This document shows, in pieces, positions 18,112 to 27,702 of a stretch of 64,000 nt of DNA. The notes under the pieces were generated by a model. That model did not search any database. It was not told the origin of the DNA and saw nothing but the letters and a program-made list of their open reading frames with translations. The stretch is from Bacteroidota bacterium (GTDB lineage: Bacteria > Bacteroidota > Rhodothermia > Rhodothermales > UBA10348). A program made the position numbers and the translations under genes. Location: the NCBI GenBank assembly GCA_027622005.1, contig JAQBZH010000001.1, positions 124,473 to 188,472 on the forward strand, given 5' to 3'. Position 1 is the stretch's first letter. Every line of letters begins with the position of its first letter.

Positions 18112-19812
18112 CTATGCTATTCCCGAAGCTTTGCGTTTGGCTTGCAAAAACGCATCAAACTGCGGAGCGGTCAATGCATTTAAACATTGCGAGGCCGTGA
18201 GCCCTCCTTTTCGGGCCACCAGAGCTCCCCATTTCATCAAATCCAACTGATCGACAGAATGAGCATCCGGGTTTATGGATACCAAGACACCCAGAGCGGT
18301 TGCGGTCTCAATCCAGCGCCAATCCAGATCCAATCGATACGGATTGGCATTTAATTCCACGGCTACTCCGTAGTAGGCACACGCCTCCAGTACGGCCTGA
18401 TGATTAATCGGGTATCCTTCCCGTTTCAAAATTAATCGACCCGTAGGGTGACCCAATACGGTCGTGTACGGATTTGAAATCGCCTTAATAATGCGCTCAG
18501 TAGCTTCCTTTTCACTCATTTTGAAGCCGATGTGGACGCTAGCCACGATAAAGTCAAATGCTGCCAGTACATCATCCGGATAATCGAGACGTCCATCGGT
18601 TAAAATGTCACTTTCAACGCCGAAAAACACCCGGAACGGAGCCCCGCCATCGGAGGCAAACTCGGTATTTAACCGACCTACCTCTGCTTTTTGTTTGTGT
18701 ACGGTCGCGATGCTCATTCCACTGGCAATTTTTAGCGATTGACTGTGGTCGCAGATTCCAAAATATCCGAATCCGCCATTTCGCACAGCCAGCGACATCT
18801 CCCTAAGGCTATGTGCACCATCGGAATACGTAGAATGATTATGAATTATTCCATGCAGTTCAGCGTATTCCAAAAGGGACAGTTTCGATAGCGTTTCGGC
18901 TCGATCAAAAGCCGAAGGAAGATCTCGGAGCTCGGGGGCCAGATAGGGGACTTTTTTCGAATTGAATATTTCGGCTTCTGAACGAAAATGGGGCGCACCG
19001 TCTTCTAGTCCGAACGAATCTACAAACGACTTTGGACCGATAGCCTCAAAAAGCACTCGCCCGGCTTTTGCCTCCTCCACGAAAATGATCTCTACCAATA
19101 AACCATCCGAAAGGCTTGCCGTGGCCCGTATTTTGTCGGGTCCCGATGATATTTCAAAGTTCAGATTCAAATGCTGGCAAATATCGACTGCCCGGCCGAG
19201 ATCGCTGATCACAACAATCGAAATGGTCTCGACAACTTCCATCAACCGGGAAATTTCTCCGGCAAAAATGGCTTGCTTTACCGCGGGATGGGCTTGAAGA
19301 AGGGCTTTCAGCCGCAAGGCATCGACCCACGCGTCAGCGATACGGCGCTTGCCCTGGTACGATCGGATACTGCCAATATTTTCCAGAATCGTCTGTTGAC
19401 TCTTTTCAGCAAATCCATCCAGTTCCGCAATTCTACCGGCCAGTGCAGCGGCCTCCAAATCATCCAACGACTGAATTCCCAAGGACTGCCACAGCGTACG
19501 AGCCTTTTTTGCTCCTAAACCTTTGACTGAGAGCACATCTAGCAGTCCTGGCGGCAGCCCGCCCAGAATATCATCTCTCAATTCAAATGAACCGTAAGCT
19601 AGAATTTCCTCGATTTGAGCGACTAACCCGGCTCCAATCCCTTTGATGTTGGCTAATTCTCCAGTGGAAATAAGCTCGGGAACCGCCGTCTCCAGACGTT
19701 CGATGATCCGAGCGGCATTGTCTAGCGCCCGAGCCCTGAACGGATTCCCCCCGGTTAATTCTATAAGTGCTGCGGTCTCTTTGAGGGGGCGTGCGATTTC
19801 CTTATTCGTCAT
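18112..19812 (-). CDS. polX: family X DNA polymerase-like protein with C-terminal PHP phosphoesterase domain
   Basis: 566 aa with N-terminal HhH motifs (IKGIGAGL, VKGLGAKKA). The Pol-beta-like core aligns by eye to bacterial PolX. The PHP motifs (HNHSTYSDG, ICDHS, VASVH, GHPTGR, NPDAHS) are intact. Confidence 0.85.
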   Translation of the reverse strand: MTNKEIARPLKETAALIELTGGNPFRARALDNAARIIERLETAVPELISTGELANIKGIGAGLVAQIEEILAYGSFELRDDILGGLPPGLLDVLSVKGLGAKKARTLWQSLGIQSLDDLEAAALAGRIAELDGFAEKSQQTILENIGSIRSYQGKRRIADAWVDALRLKALLQAHPAVKQAIFAGEISRLMEVVETISIVVISDLGRAVDICQHLNLNFEISSGPDKIRATASLSDGLLVEIIFVEEAKAGRVLFEAIGPKSFVDSFGLEDGAPHFRSEAEIFNSKKVPYLAPELRDLPSAFDRAETLSKLSLLEYAELHGIIHNHSTYSDGAHSLREMSLAVRNGGFGYFGICDHSQSLKIASGMSIATVHKQKAEVGRLNTEFASDGGAPFRVFFGVESDILTDGRLDYPDDVLAAFDFIVASVHIGFKMSEKEATERIIKAISNPYTTVLGHPTGRLILKREGYPINHQAVLEACAYYGVAVELNANPYRLDLDWRWIETATALGVLVSINPDAHSVDQLDLMKWGALVARKGGLTASQCLNALTAPQFDAFLQAKRKASGIA

Positions 19813-20011
19813 TACCTAAAAACGTTAAATTTCCCCGACAACTTTTAGTCTCTTAATCCGTCGAATCTACGCAAAAGATTACCTTCATCCTTTCGCAGGG
19901 GGATCAATCCATAAATTCTCCCCGTTCTGGTATGAATAGTGCCTTTGCTGCTTGATGCTTCAAAAAGTCGGAATTTTTGGCCGACGATTAATTTTTTATC
20001 AGCACGTATTT

Positions 20012-21697
20012 ATGAAATCATTTTTCAGCGTTCGTCGCCCAATGCTTTTCGGACTCGTAATCGGGGCCGCAATATTAATGGGGGTTCAGCTCGAGAGTCG
20101 CGTATTCAATGCCGACACGTCCGAAGCCATGCGGAAAATTGAGGACGTTTTTACCCTTATTAATGGACGTTACGTAGAAAAAGTAGACCCCAATGTAGTG
20201 GCTCAGAATGCGATCACGGGCATGTTGGAGAAACTAGACCCCCACAGCGTCTATTTCGATATTTCCCAGATGCAGGATGTTAATGAGCAGTTTGACGCTT
20301 CGTTCGAAGGCATTGGGATTTCATTTGAGTTGTTGCCAGGCCCCGAAGGCGCCGACACATTGGCTGTCCTAAACGTACTTCCCGGTGGTCCAAGTGAACA
20401 TGTCGGGCTTCAGTCAGGGGATCGGATCGTAAAAGTAGATGGACGTTCGACCATCGGGTACACGGATGAAGATGTCCGAAAAAACCTGAAAGGGCCGAGA
20501 GGCTCCAAAGTGACTATCACTATCCAAAGGCCAGGTGTAGTCGATCCGATTGAATTTGAAATTGTGCGTGATCAGATTCCGATTTACACGCTTGATGCCT
20601 CTTATATGCTCGAGAATGGGACGGGCTATATTCGGCTTAATCGCTTCGCCAGGACGACCTACCAGGAGTTCTTGTCAAGTCTAAGGACGTTAAAGGCTCA
20701 GGGCATGGAACGCCTTGTGCTCGATTTGAGGGGCAACTTGGGTGGCTACATGGAAATGGCTATCCGCATTTCGGATGAGTTTTTGAAGGACGGTCAGTTA
20801 ATCGTCTCTCAAAAAGGTGAAACGGACGATGCCAACGAGTCCTTTTTTGCCACCGGGTCTGGATTGTGGGAAACAGGTCCTGTAATGGTTCTGATCGACG
20901 GGGGCTCCGCTTCTGCAAGTGAAATCGTCGCTGGGGCTTTACAGGATCACGACCGAGCACTCATTGTCGGGCGTCGCTCTTTCGGAAAGGGCCTGGTTCA
21001 AAAACAATATTTGCTTCGGGACGGCAGCGCTCTCAGGCTCACTGTAGCGAGATATTATACTCCGTCGGGTCGCTTAATTCAGACTAATTATGAAGAAGGA
21101 GATAAACTTGACTACTATGCTGGCAAAGCGCAGCGTAGAAAGGAGGACGGTACCAAGAGCTCAACGGAGCTTTTGGAGGGCATTGCGGACTCGTTAAAAT
21201 ATCGTACAGACTCCGGACGAGTGGTCATTGCGGGTGGGGGAATTATTCCGGACTACGTGGTTTCTCCAGATTCATTATCTCCGTTACTACAGGCGGTGAT
21301 CAACCGTAGTGTTGAAAACTTATTCATTCGATCCTGGGTCGATTTATACGGAGCCAGCCTAAAGACGAAGTGGGGGGATACTCAAGATAAATTCGTCGAT
21401 GAATTCGACGTATCGCCGGCTATGTTGGAAGCCTTTTGGGCATATGCTGCTCAAAAAGGCGTAATTGTAGGAGATCGCGCCACTGAATCAACCTCGCCGT
21501 TACGATTCTCAGTTGGAGAATCTCAGTCGGATGCATTGAATATTAAAGCGCTATTAAAAGGTCGATTGGCCGTCCGTTTATATGATCGAAGCGCCTGGTA
21601 CCCCGTCTGGTCTGATGTCGATCATTTGTTAATCGAGGCTAACATGCTCTGGAATCCCGCAGAAGATTTAGCCATACATTACTCGGAAGCTAGATAG
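20012..21697 (+). CDS. ctp: S41 family carboxyl-terminal processing peptidase
   Basis: It has a PDZ domain (PGGPSEHVGLQSGDRIVKVDG) and S41 catalytic blocks (DLRGNLGG, GGSASASEI, RRSFGKGLVQ). The track ORF starts at 19952. The ATG at 20012 gives a signal-like MKSFFSVRRPMLFGLVIGAAIL. Confidence 0.9.
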   Translation: MKSFFSVRRPMLFGLVIGAAILMGVQLESRVFNADTSEAMRKIEDVFTLINGRYVEKVDPNVVAQNAITGMLEKLDPHSVYFDISQMQDVNEQFDASFEGIGISFELLPGPEGADTLAVLNVLPGGPSEHVGLQSGDRIVKVDGRSTIGYTDEDVRKNLKGPRGSKVTITIQRPGVVDPIEFEIVRDQIPIYTLDASYMLENGTGYIRLNRFARTTYQEFLSSLRTLKAQGMERLVLDLRGNLGGYMEMAIRISDEFLKDGQLIVSQKGETDDANESFFATGSGLWETGPVMVLIDGGSASASEIVAGALQDHDRALIVGRRSFGKGLVQKQYLLRDGSALRLTVARYYTPSGRLIQTNYEEGDKLDYYAGKAQRRKEDGTKSSTELLEGIADSLKYRTDSGRVVIAGGGIIPDYVVSPDSLSPLLQAVINRSVENLFIRSWVDLYGASLKTKWGDTQDKFVDEFDVSPAMLEAFWAYAAQKGVIVGDRATESTSPLRFSVGESQSDALNIKALLKGRLAVRLYDRSAWYPVWSDVDHLLIEANMLWNPAEDLAIHYSEAR

Positions 21698-21829
21698 ATT
21701 GTCAGTTTATTTAGTGTTATTTTAGAGGGTTGGCAAAGCAACTTCTACGAAATTGGTTTGTCTAGCCGATGGAAGCAATCTGAAAGGCTTGGCTTCTGCA
21801 GAAACGTTTTGTAAGGAGCAAAACGTGCA

Positions 21830-21858
21830 TTGACAAACGACTGTATATTGGATATTAT
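21830..21858 (+). promoter_or_regulatory. candidate sigma-70-type promoter upstream of exbB
   Basis: TTGACA (21830-21835), a 17-nt spacer, then TATTAT (21853-21858). It lies about 150 nt upstream of the exbB ATG in a 312-bp intergenic region. It is sequence-only, and the promoter consensus of this lineage is unknown. Confidence 0.3.
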
Positions 21859-22009
21859 TCGACCTGCTTTCACGGCTGCTCCAAATCTTTAGATTTATTA
21901 AAGAACGGCCGTCTGATAATTAGGGGTGAGAGTCGATTCGTCGACCAGTATCTGACAGCATTCAAGTCCAATAACAAACAAATCTGTTCTGAATAGGGGG
22001 AACGCTTCT

Positions 22010-22702
22010 ATGACGTTTATTAACCTACTTCTTATGTTGCCGCAGGAAGTGGCTTCTGATGAAGGTGCGATCAATGCCCTCGTTGTCCGTTTTAACGAGG
22101 GTGGCAGCTATATGTGGCCTGTTTTGATCTCTCTGATCATCGGTCTTGCCATTTCTTTTGAGCGAATTATTACTCTGAATCGAGCTGACATCAATACTCG
22201 CAAGTTTATTGTGAAAGTCAAAGGTGCTCTCGAAGGGGGTGGTATTTCGGCAGCTGAAGAGGTTTGCGCTGGGACACGTGGTCCTGTTGCATCCGTTTTT
22301 CAAGCCGGACTTCTTCGCCATGACGAAGGAATTGAAGCTGTCGAAAAAGCCATAGTCTCTTACGGGTCAATTGAAATGAGCTTTTTGGAAAGGGGCTTGG
22401 TTTGGCTTTCTCTCTTCATTTCCATGGCCCCGATGTTCGGATTCCTTGGAACGGTTGTTGGGATGGTTGAAGCTTTTGACGCCATCGAATCAGCTGGTGA
22501 CATTTCACCTAGTTTGGTTGCCGGTGGTATCAAGGTCGCTCTTTTGACGACGGTTTTCGGTCTAATCACAGCCATCATTTTGCAGTTCTTCTACAATTAC
22601 ATCACGTCTAAAATTGACCGCATCGTAATTGACATGGAAGAAGCGTCCCTAGAGTTAATCGACTCTTTGGTGCTTTTGCACGCTGGCCGCTCCTCGAAAT
22701 AG
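22010..22702 (+). CDS. exbB: MotA/TolQ/ExbB proton-channel family protein
   Basis: 230 aa with 3 TM helices and the conserved C-terminal block (SMAPMFGFLGTVVGMVEAF...ALLTTVFGL). Confidence 0.9.
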   Translation: MTFINLLLMLPQEVASDEGAINALVVRFNEGGSYMWPVLISLIIGLAISFERIITLNRADINTRKFIVKVKGALEGGGISAAEEVCAGTRGPVASVFQAGLLRHDEGIEAVEKAIVSYGSIEMSFLERGLVWLSLFISMAPMFGFLGTVVGMVEAFDAIESAGDISPSLVAGGIKVALLTTVFGLITAIILQFFYNYITSKIDRIVIDMEEASLELIDSLVLLHAGRSSK

Positions 22703-22763
22703 TTAGAGACCCGGTTACCTTCAGTCCAAAAGGACGGGATGTGGCCCATTAACCAGAATTGAA

Positions 22764-23039
22764 ATGGCTGAAATTGTACCCTATGCGATCTGGGCAGTGC
22801 TCATCATAACGGTGTTGTCCATAGGATCCATCGCTGCATTTGGAATTCGATCGGTGGTACAAGGGAAAGTTAATCCCCTAACTGCCGGACTAACCGTGAT
22901 TCCTGGCGCTCTATTCCTCATCTTTGGATTAGTTCTTGGAAATTGGACGGAAGGCGCAATTGTAGCGGTCCTCATTTCTCTTGGATTAAGTTCTCTGGTT
23001 TTACTTCTGTCTGGTCTTAGAGGCCTGTTCGGATTTTAA
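22764..23039 (+). CDS. small hydrophobic membrane protein (hypothetical)
   Basis: 91-aa ORF with about 3 predicted TM segments, sitting between exbB and exbD. I recognise no family. Confidence 0.5.
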   Translation: MAEIVPYAIWAVLIITVLSIGSIAAFGIRSVVQGKVNPLTAGLTVIPGALFLIFGLVLGNWTEGAIVAVLISLGLSSLVLLLSGLRGLFGF

Positions 23040-23070
23040 TTAGCAGAATATCAACCCAAGAGGAACTGAC

Positions 23071-23631
23071 ATGCCCGGAATGATGAAAAAAAGAAAGCGT
23101 GAGGGGGGAGAAATCCCAACCGCGTCGATGGCAGACATTGCTTTTTTGCTGCTCATCTTCTTCTTGGTGACGACAACAATCGACGTTGACACCGGAATCG
23201 GAATGGTTTTACCTCCGAAATTGGAAGATGATGTTCAACCGCCACCGATTAAAGAACGCAATGTGCTTAAGATTCTTGTGAACGAAACAGGAATGGTTCT
23301 GGTTGAAGATTTACCATCTTCAACCCGCCTAGTTCGCGAAGAAGTTAAAAAGCACATTTTGAATGAAGGGGCCGATCCTCGCTATGCGGAGACGGCTTCT
23401 AGAGCATTGGTATCTATCAAAACGGCGCGACAGACTCCTTACGATGCGTATGTAGGAGTCCTGGACGAAGTTTGGATGGCGTATTTCGAAATGTGGGATG
23501 CAGAGGCTCGGAAGCTAGGCTACCCTGACTATGTAACCTACGCAGCTACGGTGGCTTCAGAGGATGGTGAAAACCAAATCAGGGAGAAAATCAAAGCCGC
23601 TATTTCGATTGCCGAGCCAGATAAGCAGTAA
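23071..23631 (+). CDS. exbD: ExbD/TolR biopolymer transport protein
   Basis: 186 aa with the N-terminal signature IPTASMADIAFLLLIFFLVTT, followed by a periplasmic domain. Confidence 0.85.
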   Translation: MPGMMKKRKREGGEIPTASMADIAFLLLIFFLVTTTIDVDTGIGMVLPPKLEDDVQPPPIKERNVLKILVNETGMVLVEDLPSSTRLVREEVKKHILNEGADPRYAETASRALVSIKTARQTPYDAYVGVLDEVWMAYFEMWDAEARKLGYPDYVTYAATVASEDGENQIREKIKAAISIAEPDKQ

Positions 23632-23665
23632 TCGCATTTAAGAACTTAATTATCGAGAACCCGAA

Positions 23666-24121
23666 ATGGCGAGTTCGCACTTTAAAAAGAAAACATCGAC
23701 TAAACAGGAGATACCTACGGCATCGCTGCCGGACATCATCTTTATGTTGCTGATTTTCTTCATGGTTACTACGGTTCTTCGTGAAACGACGGTTCAAGTA
23801 CGGACCTTGCTTCCTCAAGCTGAAGCGCTCACAAAGATCGATCAGAAGAGACTTGTGTCTTACGTTTACGTCGGTCCTAAAAAGTTGGACGGCAACCGAT
23901 TGGGAGATACGGGAGTTCAGATTGATGATGCGGTCGTCGAGGATCTTGGAAGCGTTCGGACCATCATGTATCGCAAGTTAGTCGAGCAGCCCAAACTAAT
24001 CGTCTCATTGAAAGTGGATCAAACTTCTGAAATGGGAATCGTCTTGGATGTTCAACAAGAGTTCCGTGAAGCGGGAACGTTGCGTATCAACTACTCATCT
24101 AGACGCGAAGTTGTGTTGTAG
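23666..24121 (+). CDS. exbD: ExbD/TolR biopolymer transport protein (second copy)
   Basis: 151 aa with IPTASLPDIIFMLLIFFMVTT. It is a paralogue of the preceding gene. Confidence 0.85.
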   Translation: MASSHFKKKTSTKQEIPTASLPDIIFMLLIFFMVTTVLRETTVQVRTLLPQAEALTKIDQKRLVSYVYVGPKKLDGNRLGDTGVQIDDAVVEDLGSVRTIMYRKLVEQPKLIVSLKVDQTSEMGIVLDVQQEFREAGTLRINYSSRREVVL

Positions 24122-24168
24122 TTGTTGATTGGAGAAATTCAGGCGTTCGTGAATCAATCCCGAAATCG

Positions 24169-24202
24169 AAAGGGCCTTGCATTAGCAAGGCCCTTTTCTT
24201 TT
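24169..24202 (+). terminator. rho-independent terminator after the exbBD cluster
   Basis: Perfect 12-bp stem aaagggccttgc / gcaaggcccttt with loop atta, followed by a T-rich tract (tctttt). Confidence 0.7.
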
Positions 24203-24260
24203 GCGCTAACCTTACCTTACGAAATCCCAGAATTTGTACTCATTGTTGTGCGGCCCCTGC

Positions 24261-25277
24261 ATGTCATATAGAATTTCTTTACTTCCCGGCGACGGCATTG
24301 GTCCTGAAGTAACCGAGGCCACTACAACCGTTTTAGAAGCAACCGGTATCAAGTTTGATTGGGTTCGACACGAGCATCTAGGAGCCGCAGCCGTCGATAA
24401 ATACGGGGTCCCCCTCCCAGATCACGTAATTGATTCTATCCGAGAAACCGGCATTGCGCTCAAAGGCCCGGTTACGACTCCCGTCGGGAAGGGCTTTAAG
24501 TCTGTCAATGTATCGCTGAGGCAAAAGCTGGATTTGTATGCCAATGTTCGGCCGTGTAAATCACTTCCAGGTATTAAGACCCCGTTTCAGAATATCGACC
24601 TGCTCATTTTTAGGGAGAATACGGAAGGTCTGTACTCAGGATTGGAGTCTTACGACGAACGGCATGATATTGCTGATTCGATTGCTCGAATTTCAAAGGC
24701 CGGTTCACAGCGAATTATCGACTATTGTTTTGAGTACGCCAAAACGCACGGGCATAAAAAAGTAACCGTCGTCCACAAAGCGAATATCCTCAAATTGACA
24801 TCAGGGATGTTTTTAAAATTGGCACAAGATCATGCGCTGTTGTACCCCGACATCGAGTTTAATGACCGCATTATCGACAACATGTGCATGCAGTTGGTTA
24901 TCCGGCCTTGGGAGTACAATTGTATTGTAACGACAAACCTTTTCGGTGATATTCTGAGCGATTTAGCTGCGGGACTAGTCGGTGGGTTGGGTGTTGTTGC
25001 CGGAGCAAATATTGGCGCTAAATATGCCGTATTTGAAGCTGTTCATGGAAGTGCTCCCGATATCGCCGGGCAAAACAAGGCCAATCCAACCGCACTGATC
25101 CGTTCCTCCGAAATGATGCTTCGTCACCTTGGCGAGACTAAAGCTGCCGATGCCATACACCACGCGTTAGTCGACATATATACCGAAAACGTATATCTAA
25201 CGGCCGACCAGGGCGGGACTACGGGAACGGACGAGTTTGCACGCCAATTGGCCAAACGAGTAACCAATCATATTTAG
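24261..25277 (+). CDS. isocitrate/isopropylmalate dehydrogenase family protein, probably NAD-dependent isocitrate dehydrogenase
   Basis: It has LLPGDGIGPEV, RENTEGLYSG and NLFGDILSDLAAGLVGGLG. About 338 aa from the ATG at 24261 (the track ORF begins at 24234). Confidence 0.85.
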   Translation: MSYRISLLPGDGIGPEVTEATTTVLEATGIKFDWVRHEHLGAAAVDKYGVPLPDHVIDSIRETGIALKGPVTTPVGKGFKSVNVSLRQKLDLYANVRPCKSLPGIKTPFQNIDLLIFRENTEGLYSGLESYDERHDIADSIARISKAGSQRIIDYCFEYAKTHGHKKVTVVHKANILKLTSGMFLKLAQDHALLYPDIEFNDRIIDNMCMQLVIRPWEYNCIVTTNLFGDILSDLAAGLVGGLGVVAGANIGAKYAVFEAVHGSAPDIAGQNKANPTALIRSSEMMLRHLGETKAADAIHHALVDIYTENVYLTADQGGTTGTDEFARQLAKRVTNHI

Positions 25278-25291
25278 TCAATTGTAGAGCT

Positions 25292-25717
25292 ATGATTCAG
25301 CGAGTTCAATCTGTCTATTTACTGCTCGGTGTAGCCCTTTTAGGGCTTGAGTATTCTTTCGACTCTGTCTGGAAAGGCCCCTCGGCGGCAGCTTATTCAT
25401 GGTTTGTACCCGTCACGATGGGCGTTTTCACGATCGCGGCTATCGGCGCCGTGGGTGCCATTTTTATGTATTCCCAGCGCAATAAGCAACGCACCTTGGT
25501 CGTCATTTCGCAAGTCATAGCCCTTTTGGGTTTATTAATCCTTTTTGGTTCGCAGTACATGACGGAATCGCTTCCCACGTTGGATTCTGCTCGGTCGTCC
25601 TTCGAATCTTGGGCGGCCTTAGTTAGCCCAATTCTGGCTTACTTAGTGCTTACCATGGCTCGCAGAGCCATTGACAAGGACATTGCCTTAGTTCGATCGA
25701 TGGATCGGTTGCGGTAA
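25292..25717 (+). CDS. DUF4293-like membrane protein
   Basis: 141 aa with 4 TM helices. The N-terminal MIQRVQSVYLLLG is typical of DUF4293 proteins. Confidence 0.65.
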   Translation: MIQRVQSVYLLLGVALLGLEYSFDSVWKGPSAAAYSWFVPVTMGVFTIAAIGAVGAIFMYSQRNKQRTLVVISQVIALLGLLILFGSQYMTESLPTLDSARSSFESWAALVSPILAYLVLTMARRAIDKDIALVRSMDRLR

Positions 25718-26634
25718 TGTCGGGAGCAGCAGAGCGAACGACGCGCGTCTACCTCTTACTGCTGTTAGGGCTTTTAAGTATTTCTGTGAGCGCCATTCTT
25801 ATCCGATGGGCTGCTGCGGATGCCCCCGGCGAAGTTTTGGCTGTCTGGAGGACTATTTTTGCAGCAATCCTCTTGCTACCCTTCGCACTGATTCGCTCAA
25901 GAGCTGAAATTAAAAGCTTTTCGGCGCGAGAAATGGGACTCATTGTCGTTTCCGGTGTGTTTTTAGGCCTTCATTTTGTCTTCTGGATAGGGTCCCTTTA
26001 CCGCACAACCGTGGCAAGTGCATCCGTTTTGGTGTCGCTAAGCCCGATTTTTCTGGGGGTAATCGGATACCTAGCTTTAAAGGAACGACCGAGCAACCTT
26101 CAGATCGTAGCCATTTTCGTGGCTACACTAGGTACCGTGCTATTAGGATGGTCGGACCTTCAAAACCAAGCCGGAACGGGTACCAATCCGGTTCTCGGCA
26201 ATTCGATGGCTTTGTTTGCCGCTTTGTTGGTCTCCATCTATCTGTTGATTGGAAGGGTGGTTCGCCAAACGAGGTCGTGGTTGGCATACGTGGCTCCCTT
26301 ATACGTCGTAACGGCGCTGACAACGCTTGTGGTAGCTCTGTTGAAAGGGACTCCACTTTTGGGCTATGACTGGAGTTTGTATGGGCTGTGTTTAGCCATG
26401 GCAGTCATACCTCAGATACTAGGTCATGGATCGGTGAACTACGTTGTAAAATATTTTCCTGCGGCTACCATTGGGCTTGCAAGTCTTTTCGAACCGGTTG
26501 GAGCTTCGGCCCTGGCACTCCTGTTTTTTGGCGAAATCCCGACGATTCTCGGCGTCGTGGCCATGGTCATTATTTTGGCAGCGGTATCTCTAGCGATGCG
26601 ACAGCCTTCTGAGACAAAGAAGAGCGAAGAGTAA
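25717..26634 (+). CDS. EamA/DMT-superfamily transporter
   Basis: 305 aa with about 10 TM helices in two EamA-like halves. Confidence 0.85.
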   Translation: MSGAAERTTRVYLLLLLGLLSISVSAILIRWAAADAPGEVLAVWRTIFAAILLLPFALIRSRAEIKSFSAREMGLIVVSGVFLGLHFVFWIGSLYRTTVASASVLVSLSPIFLGVIGYLALKERPSNLQIVAIFVATLGTVLLGWSDLQNQAGTGTNPVLGNSMALFAALLVSIYLLIGRVVRQTRSWLAYVAPLYVVTALTTLVVALLKGTPLLGYDWSLYGLCLAMAVIPQILGHGSVNYVVKYFPAATIGLASLFEPVGASALALLFFGEIPTILGVVAMVIILAAVSLAMRQPSETKKSEE

Positions 26635-26650
26635 CGCCGCTTTCTAGTTC

Positions 26651-27694
26651 TTAGCCTTTTCGAGGCGCTTCGAACAAATGTGCATCGAGATCGGAAAAGT
26701 GTTTTTTCCCTGCCATAAAATAATCCCATACGATCGACCCTCGGTACGGCAGTGGTGCGGTAATCTGGTGTTTTAAGGGTCGGATGGCTTTGTGATCGCT
26801 CTTCAAGCGGAAGGCCGCTACATAACCTCTCAAAATCGCCCATCCGAAGCCCGGTTGGCCCGATAAGACAGCTTTTCCAATGGCGGCGATATCAAGCGCC
26901 ATGCGCCTTAGTAACAATAAGCGCCACTGTTTGGGGGGCAGATTCCTGTAAAGCATCAACAGATTATTCCGGTAATTGAGGAAATGCTTGCGGCTGCTTT
27001 GTTTCGATAGAGAGGCTCCACCCATGTGGTAAATCACGGATTCCGGAACCAGCACAACCCTAAATCCCAAAGACTTGATCCTCCAACAAAGGTCAATTTC
27101 CTCCATATGCATGAAAAACGACTCTTCAAACCCTCCTAATTGGGTAAAGAGCTGTTTACGAACCGCCAGACAGGTACCTGAAGCCCAAAAAATGTCACGT
27201 GCATCGTCGTACTGTCCCGTGTCTTGCTCCAGGCTTTCAAAAATTCGCCCTCGTGTAAATGGGTAGCCATTTTTATCGAGAAAGCCACCAGCGGCTCCCG
27301 CATATTCAAACTCATCCCGATCTACGAACTGATGTAATTTGGGCTGTGCCGCTCCAACGGAGTCGTCTGACAAAAATTGCTTTCCGATGGGAGCGAGCCA
27401 GTTGGAGGGTACTTCGACATCGTTATTTAAAAAGACGAGAAGCTCCCCAGCCGCATGTGGAACGGCCCTATTATTTCCTTTACAAAACGCCCAGTTTTCA
27501 GGGTGTTGGACGATTTTGATCGAAGGGAAATGTTTTTTAACCCAAGCAGCACAGCCATCCTCAGAGGCATTATCGACAAAAATAATCTCGAACGAGTCGT
27601 GCTCGGTACCTACGACGCTTGGAAGGCAGCGCTGAACAGTTTCAAGTGCATTCCACGATACGATGATGACCGATATGTATGGAGGAGTTTGCAG
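26651..27694 (-). CDS. family 2 glycosyltransferase, probably with a non-canonical start
   Basis: The track ORF (26651..27373, TTG) is only the C-terminal part. The same frame is open up to a TAG at 27721..27719. That extension encodes the GT2 N-terminal core (ISVIIVSWN, IIFVDNASEDG, CKGNN, LVFLNNDVEV) with no ATG, GTG or TTG. The 5' end given here is the CTG at 27694. Confidence 0.8.
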   Translation of the reverse strand: MQTPPYISVIIVSWNALETVQRCLPSVVGTEHDSFEIIFVDNASEDGCAAWVKKHFPSIKIVQHPENWAFCKGNNRAVPHAAGELLVFLNNDVEVPSNWLAPIGKQFLSDDSVGAAQPKLHQFVDRDEFEYAGAAGGFLDKNGYPFTRGRIFESLEQDTGQYDDARDIFWASGTCLAVRKQLFTQLGGFEESFFMHMEEIDLCWRIKSLGFRVVLVPESVIYHMGGASLSKQSSRKHFLNYRNNLLMLYRNLPPKQWRLLLLRRMALDIAAIGKAVLSGQPGFGWAILRGYVAAFRLKSDHKAIRPLKHQITAPLPYRGSIVWDYFMAGKKHFSDLDAHLFEAPRKG

Positions 27695-27702
27695 CTGAGT
27701 AA

